Part shown: positions 1 through 8,872 of the stretch, one piece after another
Layout: each line of letters begins with the position of its first letter
Numbering within the stretch: the first letter of the stretch is position 1
DNA from: a virus
Taxonomy: Duplodnaviria > Caudoviricetes
Virus record (IMG/VR): IMGVR_UViG_3300034195_000009
Span: 1 to 53,017 of that record
Length of the DNA: 53,017 nucleotides
Strand: one strand, 5' to 3'
Notes under the pieces: generated by a model
What the model saw: only the letters and a program-made list of their open reading frames with translations
Databases searched by the model: none
What the model was told of the DNA's origin: nothing
Translations under genes and position numbers: made by a program

Positions 1-42
1 GTCGCGGCCCTTTCGGAATCCCGGAAATCACCCTCCCCCCCC

Positions 43-120
43 TATTCATGAAATGGTATTCAATTATGAAAAAGAAATGAAAGAATTAAATCGAAACAAT
101 TAATTGATTTAAACAATTGC
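43..120. other. Very AT-rich intergenic tract near the putative genome end/cos region
   Basis: Positions 61-120 have 12 G+C in 60 nt against a high-GC genome; contains CAATTAATTG; flanked by a poly-C run (35-42); lies between the HNH stop and the window end. Confidence 0.6.
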
Positions 121-144
121 GTCAAGCGATGATCGCCGACAGCG

Positions 145-489
145 TCACCATTCTCTTGATCTCTTCAGCCTCTGCCTGACCACGGCGCCACGCTTGCGGT
201 TGCCGTACGCTGCACCAGCCGCCCTGTTGCACCGTGCGTGCTCCGGCTGTGTGTCGATCGGCGCCCACATTGTGCGAGGGTCCCGATCCTTGACGCTCTT
301 ATGTCCGACATCCAATGACCACGGGTTCTGTCTCGTGATTCTTTTTCCATAGTATTCGAATACTCGGAATCTTGGGCCGTCATAATCAATGGGCCCACCA
401 CATCGCGCACAGTTTCCGCGGACGGCCTTCCAGTATTCAATGAGCGCCTTCCAATTGCGAATGCGATAAGGATCCATATCGATACTCAT
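145..489 (-). CDS. HNH endonuclease (terminase-associated type)
   Basis: CARCGGPIDY...LDVGH...EHARCNRAAG zinc/HNH motifs; adjacent to terS if the genome is circularised; start 489 chosen by ATGA overlap. Confidence 0.85.
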   Translation of the reverse strand: MSIDMDPYRIRNWKALIEYWKAVRGNCARCGGPIDYDGPRFRVFEYYGKRITRQNPWSLDVGHKSVKDRDPRTMWAPIDTQPEHARCNRAAGAAYGNRKRGAVVRQRLKRSREW

Positions 490-809
490 GGTCGATATGT
501 TTCCCTTGCTGATTCGGGAACCCCGAACCCGCACCGATGCTGGACGACGACACGCACGATACCACCACCGACGTCGACGCCGATGCGATCGTGTTCGATC
601 CGGAACTCATCGCGGTAGACGAGTTCAGTCGTGTACACGCTCATGCCGTGCAGCCGGTAGGTCATCCTCCCGTCGAGTTTCGCCCACGCCTCGCCGGTCG
701 ATGACACCTCCGCCGAGTCGGCCACCGCCCGGACGTGGGGATCCCAGCCGCTCCACACCTGGGCCCCACAGCCGCGGCAGGGGGCCAGCGTGGCCTGCTC
801 TGCACTCAC
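486..809 (-). CDS. Hypothetical protein with Zn-finger-like motif
   Basis: CRGCG...HRC motif; stop overlaps HNH start; GTG start uncertain. Confidence 0.6.
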   Translation of the reverse strand: MSAEQATLAPCRGCGAQVWSGWDPHVRAVADSAEVSSTGEAWAKLDGRMTYRLHGMSVYTTELVYRDEFRIEHDRIGVDVGGGIVRVVVQHRCGFGVPESARETYRP

Positions 810-839
810 TCGAATCTCCGCCTCTCCTAGGTGGGTTCT

Positions 840-1087
840 AACCTTTCGGTTCGCTTGTCTTGAAACCGTTCGATTCAAACCATTCGTTCGGTCGCCCCTA
901 AAGGGCCACCCGAACGGATGCGATATATAACCTTTCGCGAAAGGTTCCGAACGGTTCGAAAGGTTAGACGCTCAACCTTTCGGTCGGACTGTCGATCAGT
1001 ACCGAAAGGTTCCGAACGGTTAGGGCATCGGTGCAGGTGGGAGGATGTTGCAACCTTTCGGTTCGCGCCGAAAGGTTCCGAACGGTT
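840..1087. repeat. Iteron-like cluster CGAA(A/C)GGTT in both orientations; putative replication origin
   Basis: Forward copies at 938, 948, 957, 1003, 1013, 1069, 1079; reverse copies at 840, 864, 929, 974, 1052 plus a variant at 878; 19-mer CGAAAGGTTCCGAACGGTT occurs 3 times; directly downstream of the primase-helicase. Confidence 0.8.
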
Positions 1088-3251
1088 ACAACTCCGGGGT
1101 GTCATCGCGAACCGCCTGCCTTGACGCGATCGAAAACAGGACATACCCGGTCTTTCCGAACCCTGCTTGGCGGATCAATCCTCGCGCCAGAAGCGCATCA
1201 ACGGCCAGGCCGTTCTGCGCAGTGGTGCTTCCTGTCGCCTGCCGGATGGCGCCCTTGCTCATCGGCTCGGCGGCCGATGCGAGCACTTCCATTACGCGCC
1301 CTTCGAAGTTGGTCTTCTGTCGCTCGGCCTTCACATCGCTTCTGGATCCCTCCCCAAGACTCAGCCGACGGCTACCCGGGTCGAAGGTCAACCGGCGCTC
1401 GAAGACGCTCACGCCGCGCCCCTCGGCGGCGAAGAACCGTGCGCAGTCGGGTGGCGGCTCCTCACCTTCGGGCACCTTGTCGCGCATGATGCGCCATTCC
1501 GCGTCGGGCCAGTCCCTCAGGCGGGAATCACCGCGTGACCTTTCCCCGTTGTGCCCTGCGTGGTGGACGAGAACCATTTCCCCGATGCCCGCCTCATTGG
1601 CCAGTGCATCGAGTGCCACGAGGAAGCGGCCCGACTCGTGCGACTCGTCCAGCCCGAGGGAATCGAGGATCGGGCGAAGACAGTCGACGATGAGCACCGA
1701 GGTATTCAATGCACGCAATCTTTCCGCCCAATCAGCGCGAATATGATCGTCGAGAATGTCGAAAGCCGACGCCCTTCCTCTTTCCAGCATCACCCATACA
1801 TTCTCGTCATTGACGATCTTGGCGTCGTCGAGCCATTCCACGAGTTGCTGCTGTGTCATCTCGAAGTCGAGCAGTCCGATCCGCCCGGCGGGCCGGTTGA
1901 CCTGGAAGGCTTCGAGGAACATGCCGCCGTCGGCCAATTGCCGGACGAGGTTCGTCATCATCGTTGTTTTACCGGCTTTCCGCTGCGCCGCGAGAACGGC
2001 GCGCCCGCCGGTCGGCAGGAGTCCCTCGATCCGGTAGCGGACGGCTTGCCGTGGCTGCGCCAGCAGGTCACCCAGGGAGAGCGCAACCCCGGGAACGGCC
2101 CTGCCTTCCCCGGCGACCAACCTCTGAGCATCGCGGCGCAGCCGGATCCGCTCGGCCTCTTGCTCGACCAGCAGGCGCCGGACGTCCTCGGGGAGCATCG
2201 GCGTCTCACCTGGCGCGCCACTCAGAGGCGGGACTCCGAGTGGCGCGGAGGGAAAGCTACCCGACGGCGAAGCGGCTAGTCGAATCAGCTCCGGCCCCTC
2301 GGCTCGAAGCGGATCGGTGCACGGATCGCCGAGCGGGGTGATGCCGCGGCTGGCTGCGATGCTCAGCGCCCCATTGACCAGGCGGGACCACTCGCCGGAC
2401 CGGTCCTCGCCCTGCGTGCTCGCCTCGAAGGCGGATTGCAGAGCGCGCAGCCCGGCGGCCAGTCCCGGGTGCCCTTCGGCGGCCAGGTAGGCGATGGACA
2501 CCGTGGCGTCACGGGCGATGTCGTGCCGACCGCCGGGCTGAGAGCCGACCAGCTCTACACAGCCTTGCTGTACGCCCCGCCAGAGCCTGGCACAGGCATC
2601 CCCCGTATGTTCGGGTGCAGCCATCCAGATACGGCGTTCTGGGCTGGCCTGGGGGGCTCTCGGGATGTCCTTCTCGGCTTCACCGCCGGTCAGCCCCATG
2701 ACCCACTCGTCCGGCATGTCGGTCAGGTCGGCCACATTCGGAATCGGGCAGGTCTCGCCGTCCAGGTCGTACCAGGCATACTCGGCGCCGTCGGCGTCCG
2801 GGTTCGTCGAGGGCCAGACGGCGGCGAACCTGTGCCGCTTCTGAATGACCTCGATGTCCGGTCCGGCCTGCCCTGGCCAGCTGAGGCCTTCGGGCACTCG
2901 GTAGAAGCGGATCCGGCTGACACCCCAGCCGCGCGCCGTGCTGCTGTACGTCGGGGGCAGCTGGCCGAACTTCTCTTCGAGCTCGGCCAGCGAGGCGGCG
3001 CCCAGCTTCTGGATTCCGTGCTTGGCGTAGTCGTCGACGTCGATTCCGACGACATCGACTGGCATGCGCAGGCCGATGTTTCCGCCGGGATGATCTTCGG
3101 CCCACGTATACACGTCGGGGAAGGACGGATAGGGCGCCGCTGCGCCGGTCCAGCCTTTCGGCGGGGGGTTTTTCTCGCCGGGCGGGAGGGGCAGCGGCGC
3201 CCAACCGGCCTTGTAGTAGTCGGGCGCGGCATCGGCGTAGGGCGTGCTCAT
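1086..3251 (-). CDS. Bifunctional DNA primase/polymerase fused to AAA (RepA/AAA_25-like) helicase with C-terminal wHTH
   Basis: N-terminal prim-pol (PLPPGEKNP, NIGLR, GIDVD); Walker A AQRKAGKT; Walker B LIVD; HH..RGDS motif. Confidence 0.9.
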   Translation of the reverse strand: MSTPYADAAPDYYKAGWAPLPLPPGEKNPPPKGWTGAAAPYPSFPDVYTWAEDHPGGNIGLRMPVDVVGIDVDDYAKHGIQKLGAASLAELEEKFGQLPPTYSSTARGWGVSRIRFYRVPEGLSWPGQAGPDIEVIQKRHRFAAVWPSTNPDADGAEYAWYDLDGETCPIPNVADLTDMPDEWVMGLTGGEAEKDIPRAPQASPERRIWMAAPEHTGDACARLWRGVQQGCVELVGSQPGGRHDIARDATVSIAYLAAEGHPGLAAGLRALQSAFEASTQGEDRSGEWSRLVNGALSIAASRGITPLGDPCTDPLRAEGPELIRLAASPSGSFPSAPLGVPPLSGAPGETPMLPEDVRRLLVEQEAERIRLRRDAQRLVAGEGRAVPGVALSLGDLLAQPRQAVRYRIEGLLPTGGRAVLAAQRKAGKTTMMTNLVRQLADGGMFLEAFQVNRPAGRIGLLDFEMTQQQLVEWLDDAKIVNDENVWVMLERGRASAFDILDDHIRADWAERLRALNTSVLIVDCLRPILDSLGLDESHESGRFLVALDALANEAGIGEMVLVHHAGHNGERSRGDSRLRDWPDAEWRIMRDKVPEGEEPPPDCARFFAAEGRGVSVFERRLTFDPGSRRLSLGEGSRSDVKAERQKTNFEGRVMEVLASAAEPMSKGAIRQATGSTTAQNGLAVDALLARGLIRQAGFGKTGYVLFSIASRQAVRDDTPEL

Positions 3252-3433
3252 CTGATGGCCTGGCATTCTGGGCAGAAGACGCCGTTCGATCGGTGCTCGC
3301 CCCCGGCGAAATCCTCATCCTTGTAGAGCGGCACGACGTCGACGACCAGCCAGTATTCGAGTTCGTCAGAGTCCCGAGCCCGTCGACGGCAGCCGGTGCA
3401 GCGTAGGTCCTGAACGTTCCCGACCTGCTTCAT
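3248..3433 (-). CDS. Small Zn-binding hypothetical protein
   Basis: CTGC...CPEC; stop overlaps the primase start. Confidence 0.55.
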   Translation of the reverse strand: MKQVGNVQDLRCTGCRRRARDSDELEYWLVVDVVPLYKDEDFAGGEHRSNGVFCPECQAIR

Positions 3434-3890
3434 GGTCCCGCCTCCATTGATCCAATGCCGCCGAAAGGTTGAACATTCGTGCGGTGTCGCTGTCTTCGTA
3501 GCCGATCCAATGGGGCATGCTGTCCGCGGTGCGATAGCAGGCCCAGGGGATCCCGCGACGCTTCGCCTCTTCGAGGCATCCGGTCGCACCTCGCGATCCG
3601 TCATGGATGAACGCCAGGACCAGATCGGGCCGGGTGTCGAGCATCCGATGATTGCGAATCGGTCCGGCCGCCTTGCCGGGGGTCTTCCATTCGTGCGGGG
3701 TGACCGGGAAGCGCTCTTGCGGGCAGCGGCTCTGCTCCGCCCAGACGGCGGCGAACAGATCGGCTCCCTTGCGATGCCCGCCGTGGATCACGACCATATT
3801 CCGGTCGGCCGCCTGTGCCGCCCATAGCGCCGTGTACACGGTTGATGGTTGGGGCCATTCGCGGGAGCCGGTGACCAGCACGCGGATCAT
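3366..3890 (-). CDS. SLOG family (DUF2493/YspA-like) protein
   Basis: RVLVTGSREW, IHGG..GAD, AAGPIRN..ML, LAF...SRGAT motifs. Confidence 0.85.
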   Translation of the reverse strand: MIRVLVTGSREWPQPSTVYTALWAAQAADRNMVVIHGGHRKGADLFAAVWAEQSRCPQERFPVTPHEWKTPGKAAGPIRNHRMLDTRPDLVLAFIHDGSRGATGCLEEAKRRGIPWACYRTADSMPHWIGYEDSDTARMFNLSAALDQWRRDHEAGRERSGPTLHRLPSTGSGL

Positions 3891-4858
3891 ACAATCCTCC
3901 TAGCCGAGCACGATTGGCAGAGCGGCCCGGAGCCTTGGCGCAACTTCTCGCCCAATGCTCGCGCGGCCGGAGTCCCGATCGCTTTCACTTCGGCAGTCGA
4001 TCCCCATCCATATAGATAGAGCGGGTAGGGGATCCCTACCGCCTTCGCATCGCTCTCTAGCTGGCGGATGCTTTCAACGACACCGGGGAACCATTCGCCG
4101 ATCATGTCGAGTTCCCCCTCTTCGGCAAAGGCGCCGCATAGGCACTCCCCCGACATGTGAATTAGATCGGATACGCGATTCCGGGGGACACTGTGGTGCA
4201 TCGTCCGGTAGGTGTTCAGATCAAGTTTCGTCCAGAACGCTAGAGGGGAGATCCAGATTACCGAGCCATCCGACTCCCATAGCTTCACTTGGCTGCGTCG
4301 ACTCGATTCCTCCCGCCGTCTGCCTGCATAAAAGATGGCAACCTTGCTTCGACTTCTAGCGACGCCGAGCTTATGCCTGGCCTGGTCGAGACAGCGCTCT
4401 TTCAGCCGGGTGTACATCTTCCAATGCTGAGCCGGTCCGGGAAATCCTCTTTCTAATACCAGATCTCGGTAGCTGATCGGAGGATGCTCTTCGATCAGAG
4501 GAAGGCCCCACTCGTGACAGGTGTCCCTGACGTGTTGCCGCGTTTCTTCGATTCCGATTCCGGTGTTTGCATGGATAGCGTGAGTCGCCGAACGTCTGAG
4601 TAGATGAGCGAGGATATTGGAGTCGTTGCCGCCCGACCACAGGATGCACTCGGCTACGACTCTGCGATCACGCAAGAGCTGCGACTTCGCCTCGGTTGCG
4701 ATCCGTCGCGATAGACCTATGAGGTTTCCGACGCGAATCTGTCGCTGGAATCCGAGCAGTCGCGCCACGTCCTGAACCGGGGTCGCCTCGATCTGCTCCA
4801 GTGGGATGCGAGGCCAGCCGTTCCCGATCACGCTGGCCATGGGGGTTTCGGCGGTCAT
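3887..4858 (-). CDS. PAPS reductase-family (adenine nucleotide alpha hydrolase) protein
   Basis: PP-loop SGGNDS, NTG, LKER, GRRREESSRR, SPL..WT, SGECLCG. Confidence 0.85.
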   Translation of the reverse strand: MTAETPMASVIGNGWPRIPLEQIEATPVQDVARLLGFQRQIRVGNLIGLSRRIATEAKSQLLRDRRVVAECILWSGGNDSNILAHLLRRSATHAIHANTGIGIEETRQHVRDTCHEWGLPLIEEHPPISYRDLVLERGFPGPAQHWKMYTRLKERCLDQARHKLGVARSRSKVAIFYAGRRREESSRRSQVKLWESDGSVIWISPLAFWTKLDLNTYRTMHHSVPRNRVSDLIHMSGECLCGAFAEEGELDMIGEWFPGVVESIRQLESDAKAVGIPYPLYLYGWGSTAEVKAIGTPAARALGEKLRQGSGPLCQSCSARRIV

Positions 4859-4998
4859 CGCACACCACCACGGCGCCGCTGGATGAACGCCTGAACCTCG
4901 TCGACGATCAGGACCAAGCAGCAGAGGACGTACACGACGGCCGTGAGTACGCAGGCCGCGGACACAAAGGTGCCGAGGATGGCGGCTACGAAGCTCAT
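4855..4998 (-). CDS. Small membrane protein (47 aa; not in ORF track)
   Basis: MSFVAAILGTFVSAACVLTAVVYVLCCLVLIV...; fills the gap with overlapping start/stop. Confidence 0.55.
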   Translation of the reverse strand: MSFVAAILGTFVSAACVLTAVVYVLCCLVLIVDEVQAFIQRRRGGVR

Positions 4999-5756
4999 CA
5001 CGAGAGGATCCAATCGAAGGGGCCCGGTCGCCGCGGCATGGCGCGCAGGCGGCCATAAGGGCGGAACGGGACGGCCGACCGGTCAGATGTTCCGTGTTTC
5101 AGGGCGTATCGAATCGTCGCGGTGCCTACCCCTTCACCCTTTCGCAGCGCACTGACGACCTGTTTTCCGGTAGGGACTTCCGCCGACTCCCCGAGCCAGG
5201 CGAGAACGTCGGCCAGGCCGCGGCGCACTGTCTCCAGCGCGGCCCGCTTCGCCCACGACATGGGTTCGGTGCCGACGATCAGGCCATCGTCCTCGGTTAC
5301 CACCAGGCCGTCTTCAAGGTCGGGCGCTACGCTCACGTGAGAGACCTTGCCCCAGTAGGGATTGTCCTTCCGCGGAGCCGTCACGTCATAGACGACGGGT
5401 AGCGTGGTGACCCGGAAGTGGAAGATCCATACGAATCGCCGGGGGTCCTTCCACTTCTCCACATCGACGGGTGCGCAGGAAAGACGACCGGCCTCGGCCA
5501 GCTTGTCGGACAGTCCCCAGAAGGCGACTCGGCGCATCTGGCGCAGACCGAGCTCCTCTTCGAACAGGTCGCCGGGCAGTTCGAATTGCAGGTTGAGCGC
5601 CTCGATGACAAGCGTGGACGGCATCGGCGTCTCGATCGGTTCGGGGCTGAAAGAGAACCTGGCGTGCTCGGGTGGGTAGTAGTTCACATAGGGGCTTCGG
5701 CTCGAATCGGCGTCGATCAGGGCCAGGGGCATCACGTAGGTCTTTCGGGTGCTCAT
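4998..5756 (-). CDS. Hypothetical protein
   Basis: Tightly packed ORF with ATGA coupling; no recognisable motif. Confidence 0.6.
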   Translation of the reverse strand: MSTRKTYVMPLALIDADSSRSPYVNYYPPEHARFSFSPEPIETPMPSTLVIEALNLQFELPGDLFEEELGLRQMRRVAFWGLSDKLAEAGRLSCAPVDVEKWKDPRRFVWIFHFRVTTLPVVYDVTAPRKDNPYWGKVSHVSVAPDLEDGLVVTEDDGLIVGTEPMSWAKRAALETVRRGLADVLAWLGESAEVPTGKQVVSALRKGEGVGTATIRYALKHGTSDRSAVPFRPYGRLRAMPRRPGPFDWILS

Positions 5757-6154
5757 GAGTGCTTGCACCTCGCCGGGCGTTCGCCGTTGTCGTGCCGGGC
5801 GCGCTTGGGGTCCAGCTTGATGCGCATCGTCTCCGGCGGATCGTCGAAAGCGCACAGCGCGATACCGGCCCCGCGGCACGGCATCGCGACCTTGCCGATC
5901 ATGTGGTAGTGGATGACGAAGCACAGGTGTTCGCCCTGGTGGACGAGGCCCGTGGCCCGCCCGGCGTGCGCGTGCATCGGGCAGAGCGCCCAGGCCGCCG
6001 TCGGCAGGTCCTGCTTTCTGGACTTCGATCCGGCGCCTCTGCGGGGAGCGAGGCGGAAGAGGGGCACGTCCTCGCTGCCGTCGTCGTACTTTCCGGGCTT
6101 CCTGATGACCATCGGTTTAGTCCTTTCAAGGACCCCTAGTGTGGCACTGCTCAT
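5753..6154 (-). CDS. Hypothetical Cys/His-containing protein
   Basis: Coupled ORF; CPMH, HYH, CRG motifs. Confidence 0.55.
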   Translation of the reverse strand: MSSATLGVLERTKPMVIRKPGKYDDGSEDVPLFRLAPRRGAGSKSRKQDLPTAAWALCPMHAHAGRATGLVHQGEHLCFVIHYHMIGKVAMPCRGAGIALCAFDDPPETMRIKLDPKRARHDNGERPARCKHS

Positions 6155-6582
6155 GACTTCCACCACGCATGAACGTCCTGACCTTCGACACGGACCGATC
6201 CGCGCTCGATGGCCCGAACATCAGGCCTGGGCGATCTGATGGCGATCAGGATCCGAACCGGCAGCGCTGGCCGATTCTGCCGCTCGGTGCGGCGCCGGAT
6301 CACCTCGACCAGCGCAACGGCCTCATCCTGCTGGCGCCTCAACCGATCGACATTCCAGGGCAGCGTGTCCCAGTCGGTACCACTGAAGGCGTGCAGGCGA
6401 AGCCACAAGTCCTGATCCGTATGGCTGGACGCCTTGCGGATCTCGGTCCGGGCGATGGCCACCAGGCCCCCCACGACGGCCACCGCCGAGCCCGCGGAGA
6501 TCGCCCAGACCGGAACGCCCAGAACGACCAGGGCGACCGTGATAGCCACGGACAGCCCGGCGAGCGTCTTGGCGCGCCTCAT
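6151..6582 (-). CDS. Hypothetical membrane protein
   Basis: Two N-terminal hydrophobic helices. Confidence 0.6.
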   Translation of the reverse strand: MRRAKTLAGLSVAITVALVVLGVPVWAISAGSAVAVVGGLVAIARTEIRKASSHTDQDLWLRLHAFSGTDWDTLPWNVDRLRRQQDEAVALVEVIRRRTERQNRPALPVRILIAIRSPRPDVRAIERGSVRVEGQDVHAWWKS

Positions 6583-6839
6583 CGCCAGTTCCAGCCGACG
6601 ATGCCGACAATCGAGACGAGCACTGCGAGGGCCTCCGGCACGTTCATCCGAAGCGCCGTGTCGATACAGCCCCGCGCGCTGGGCTTGACGACCGGCGCCG
6701 GGCGATTGACGATCGGGTGCAGGATCAGCGTCGTCGACTTGACCGGCGCGGGCTCCGGCAGGTTGCTCGGCGGCTCGACGATCCGGCCGGTGATGATGGC
6801 GCCCTCGGCGAAGCCTTGAAGTTTCGAGAGGTCCCTCAT
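6579..6839 (-). CDS. Hypothetical protein with C-terminal TM helix
   Basis: Coupled ORF, hydrophobic C-terminus. Confidence 0.55.
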   Translation of the reverse strand: MRDLSKLQGFAEGAIITGRIVEPPSNLPEPAPVKSTTLILHPIVNRPAPVVKPSARGCIDTALRMNVPEALAVLVSIVGIVGWNWR

Positions 6840-7027
6840 GGGAGCTTCACCCAGCCCAGTCGCCGGGCAATCTTCGCCGTGTCCCCCGAGTCGTCAGTCA
6901 GCTCGCGGGTCATGCGGTGCACGCCGTAGTGAATCCCCTCCCGGCGGCCTCGCTCCAGAAGAACTCGGCACATGATCAGCGCCCAGATCAACGCGAGGCT
7001 CAGGCCGACGATCAGCACGGTAGTCAT
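6836..7027 (-). CDS. Small membrane protein
   Basis: MTTVLIVGLSLALIWALIMC hydrophobic start. Confidence 0.55.
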   Translation of the reverse strand: MTTVLIVGLSLALIWALIMCRVLLERGRREGIHYGVHRMTRELTDDSGDTAKIARRLGWVKLP

Positions 7028-7356
7028 CAGATGGTTTCTCCCAGTTTCCGTAGGTTGTCGATGGCGGCCAGGATCTGGGCGCGCTTCTGATCGATCGTCA
7101 AGGGGTTGGCGTGGCATCCACAGCCACACCCGGCGAGACGGCAGTCCCGATGCAGGTCCCCCAGGCATTGCCAGCCCTTCTCCCGGATCGTTCCGGAGCC
7201 GAATTGATCCATGGCCCGACCGAGGATTTCGAGCACCCTGGCGGCTTGTGGGTTGAGAGGCCGGACGTCATCGGCCATCGCCTCGACGGTGAGCCCGTCC
7301 AGCGGTTCGCCGTTGCGCAGCGGCCAGCGCATGGTGACCGTTTCGGGCGTGTACAT
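7027..7356 (-). CDS. Hypothetical protein with Cys cluster
   Basis: CLGDLHRDC...CGCGCH; ATG overlapping the upstream stop. Confidence 0.55.
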   Translation of the reverse strand: MYTPETVTMRWPLRNGEPLDGLTVEAMADDVRPLNPQAARVLEILGRAMDQFGSGTIREKGWQCLGDLHRDCRLAGCGCGCHANPLTIDQKRAQILAAIDNLRKLGETI

Positions 7357-7511
7357 CACTTCGCACCGCCGAGGAACCAGTCGAAGCGGGGCTTCAGGCG
7401 GACCGCGTAGCGGCAGAGACAGCGGGTGCACATGATCAGAAGCTCCACATCTCGAATGATCTTCACGTCGTGGCCGACGAAGGGATGAACGCAGCGCGAG
7501 CAGGCGTTCAC
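7356..7511 (-). CDS. Small Zn-finger protein
   Basis: CSRC.H...H...CTRCLC. Confidence 0.5.
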   Translation of the reverse strand: MNACSRCVHPFVGHDVKIIRDVELLIMCTRCLCRYAVRLKPRFDWFLGGAK

Positions 7512-7681
7512 TGCCGGACCGTCCGGCGAATCCACAACCGGCCAGCCAGCCACGCGCCGAGACGTGTCCGGGCGAACCCGTCGGCAATGATCGGGGTCCA
7601 GGTGGACAGGTCGGAATACGCCGTGACGATCCAGTGCCAGCGACCGGGCTCGCCGAAGGTCTGAACCTCATACCGCCACAT
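7508..7681 (-). CDS. Hypothetical Trp-rich protein (57 aa; not in ORF track)
   Basis: MWRYEVQTFGEPGRWHWIVTAY...; fills the gap. Confidence 0.5.
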   Translation of the reverse strand: MWRYEVQTFGEPGRWHWIVTAYSDLSTWTPIIADGFARTRLGAWLAGRLWIRRTVRQ

Positions 7682-8132
7682 CGAGCGCCTCCTGAACGGC
7701 TGCGTGAATCGCCGACTCGGTCGCCGGGTGGACGAGCCGGTTCACTCCATGCCCCAGGCGATAGAGCGACTTCACGGAGATGCCGCTCTTCGCCGCGAGG
7801 CCTTCGAGCGTCCCGCCCGTGGCTACCCAGGATTGGACCTCCCGGATAGCCGGACCGGCGTCCATGAAGTGGAAACCGGCTCGCCGTGACGGATGCCAGT
7901 ATTGATCGCGATCCGCTTCTGACATGCCACCCCAGGTGCCATACGACTCCCGGTCGGCGAGCGCGTCGGAACGGCACTCCATGAGTACCGGACAGTCGGC
8001 ACAAATGGCCTTCGCCTGGCGGGCGCGACGCTTCCTGTCCGAACCTCGCTCGCCTTCGGGGTGATAGAAGAGCTCCGGATCGGCCGTCCGGCAGGCTGCG
8101 AAGTCCTGCCAGGGGTCCTCATGCGTCGTCAT
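7668..8132 (-). CDS. whiB: WhiB-family (WhiD/WhiB3-like) Fe-S transcription factor fused to a C-terminal HTH
   Basis: WQDFAAC...FYHPEGERG...AKAICADCPVLMEC...YGTWGGMSE; C-terminal TLEGLAAKSGISVKSLYRL helix-turn-helix. Confidence 0.9.
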   Translation of the reverse strand: MTTHEDPWQDFAACRTADPELFYHPEGERGSDRKRRARQAKAICADCPVLMECRSDALADRESYGTWGGMSEADRDQYWHPSRRAGFHFMDAGPAIREVQSWVATGGTLEGLAAKSGISVKSLYRLGHGVNRLVHPATESAIHAAVQEALDVAV

Positions 8133-8872
8133 CAGAACGGCCCGAAGACGACGGGCGATCCGGGTGTGTGCTCCCCGGGTTCGTCGCACGGTCCCTCGAC
8201 GTCGGCCAGACAGCCGTGAATGTGGGAAGCGGCCCGGCAGTCCCGGAAACCGCTGCATTCCGGCTTGCGAATCCAGGGGAGCCGAACGTCGGTCATCTTC
8301 CGATCGATGGATGCGCCGACGTAGCCGACTTCGAGAATCCGGGCCCGGACGAGCACCCGAAGAACCTCCTCATAGGTCGACCAGTGCATCGGCTTGTCGA
8401 TCAGCAGGTGGAAATGGCCCGGCGTGCTCGACGGGATGAGCGTCGCCGGGTGGTCGATGTCCAGCACGAGGGAGTGCATCGGCTCGCCTTGCAGGTCCGT
8501 CCGACCGGTCAGCATTGACGTGATCACGTTGGCTACTTCGAGATCGGCGGTCACCTCTCGCGGGTCGTCGCTGTCGTAGGTCGCATCATCCAGGTTGTGC
8601 ACGTGCAGTAGGTCGTGATCCAGGGTCGACAGCGACCTGACGATGTCGGCCCTGTTGCCGGGGCTATCCCAGGCGACCGCCAAGGGCTCGACGATGCCGG
8701 GGTCGCCCCAGGCGACCGTCGTACTCTTCTCGGCGTGCGCCAGCAGCGCCCACACCCAGCGGTGAGCGCTGTCTGATTGGAAGCTGATCGACGACTCGTA
8801 GGTAAGCAGATCGCGGATGACCCGAAGGCTCTTGGCGGTCAGCTCGGGTAGGTCGTCCGGCCGTTCAGACAT
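8132..8872 (-). CDS. Hypothetical protein with AEP-like motifs
   Basis: VLDID...SSTPGHFH; function uncertain. Confidence 0.55.
   Translation of the reverse strand: MSERPDDLPELTAKSLRVIRDLLTYESSISFQSDSAHRWVWALLAHAEKSTTVAWGDPGIVEPLAVAWDSPGNRADIVRSLSTLDHDLLHVHNLDDATYDSDDPREVTADLEVANVITSMLTGRTDLQGEPMHSLVLDIDHPATLIPSSTPGHFHLLIDKPMHWSTYEEVLRVLVRARILEVGYVGASIDRKMTDVRLPWIRKPECSGFRDCRAASHIHGCLADVEGPCDEPGEHTPGSPVVFGPF

Noticed and set aside
840-1087. CRISPR-like mini-array
   Set aside because: Repeats are short, occur in both orientations and are irregularly spaced; position behind the primase-helicase fits iterons
875-1144. Short ORFs across the iteron region
   Set aside because: Translations merely reflect the DNA repeats; no RBS
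7027-8004. 325-aa ORF as listed in the track
   Set aside because: Its 5' part overlaps whiB and two better small genes; only 7027-7356 looks coding
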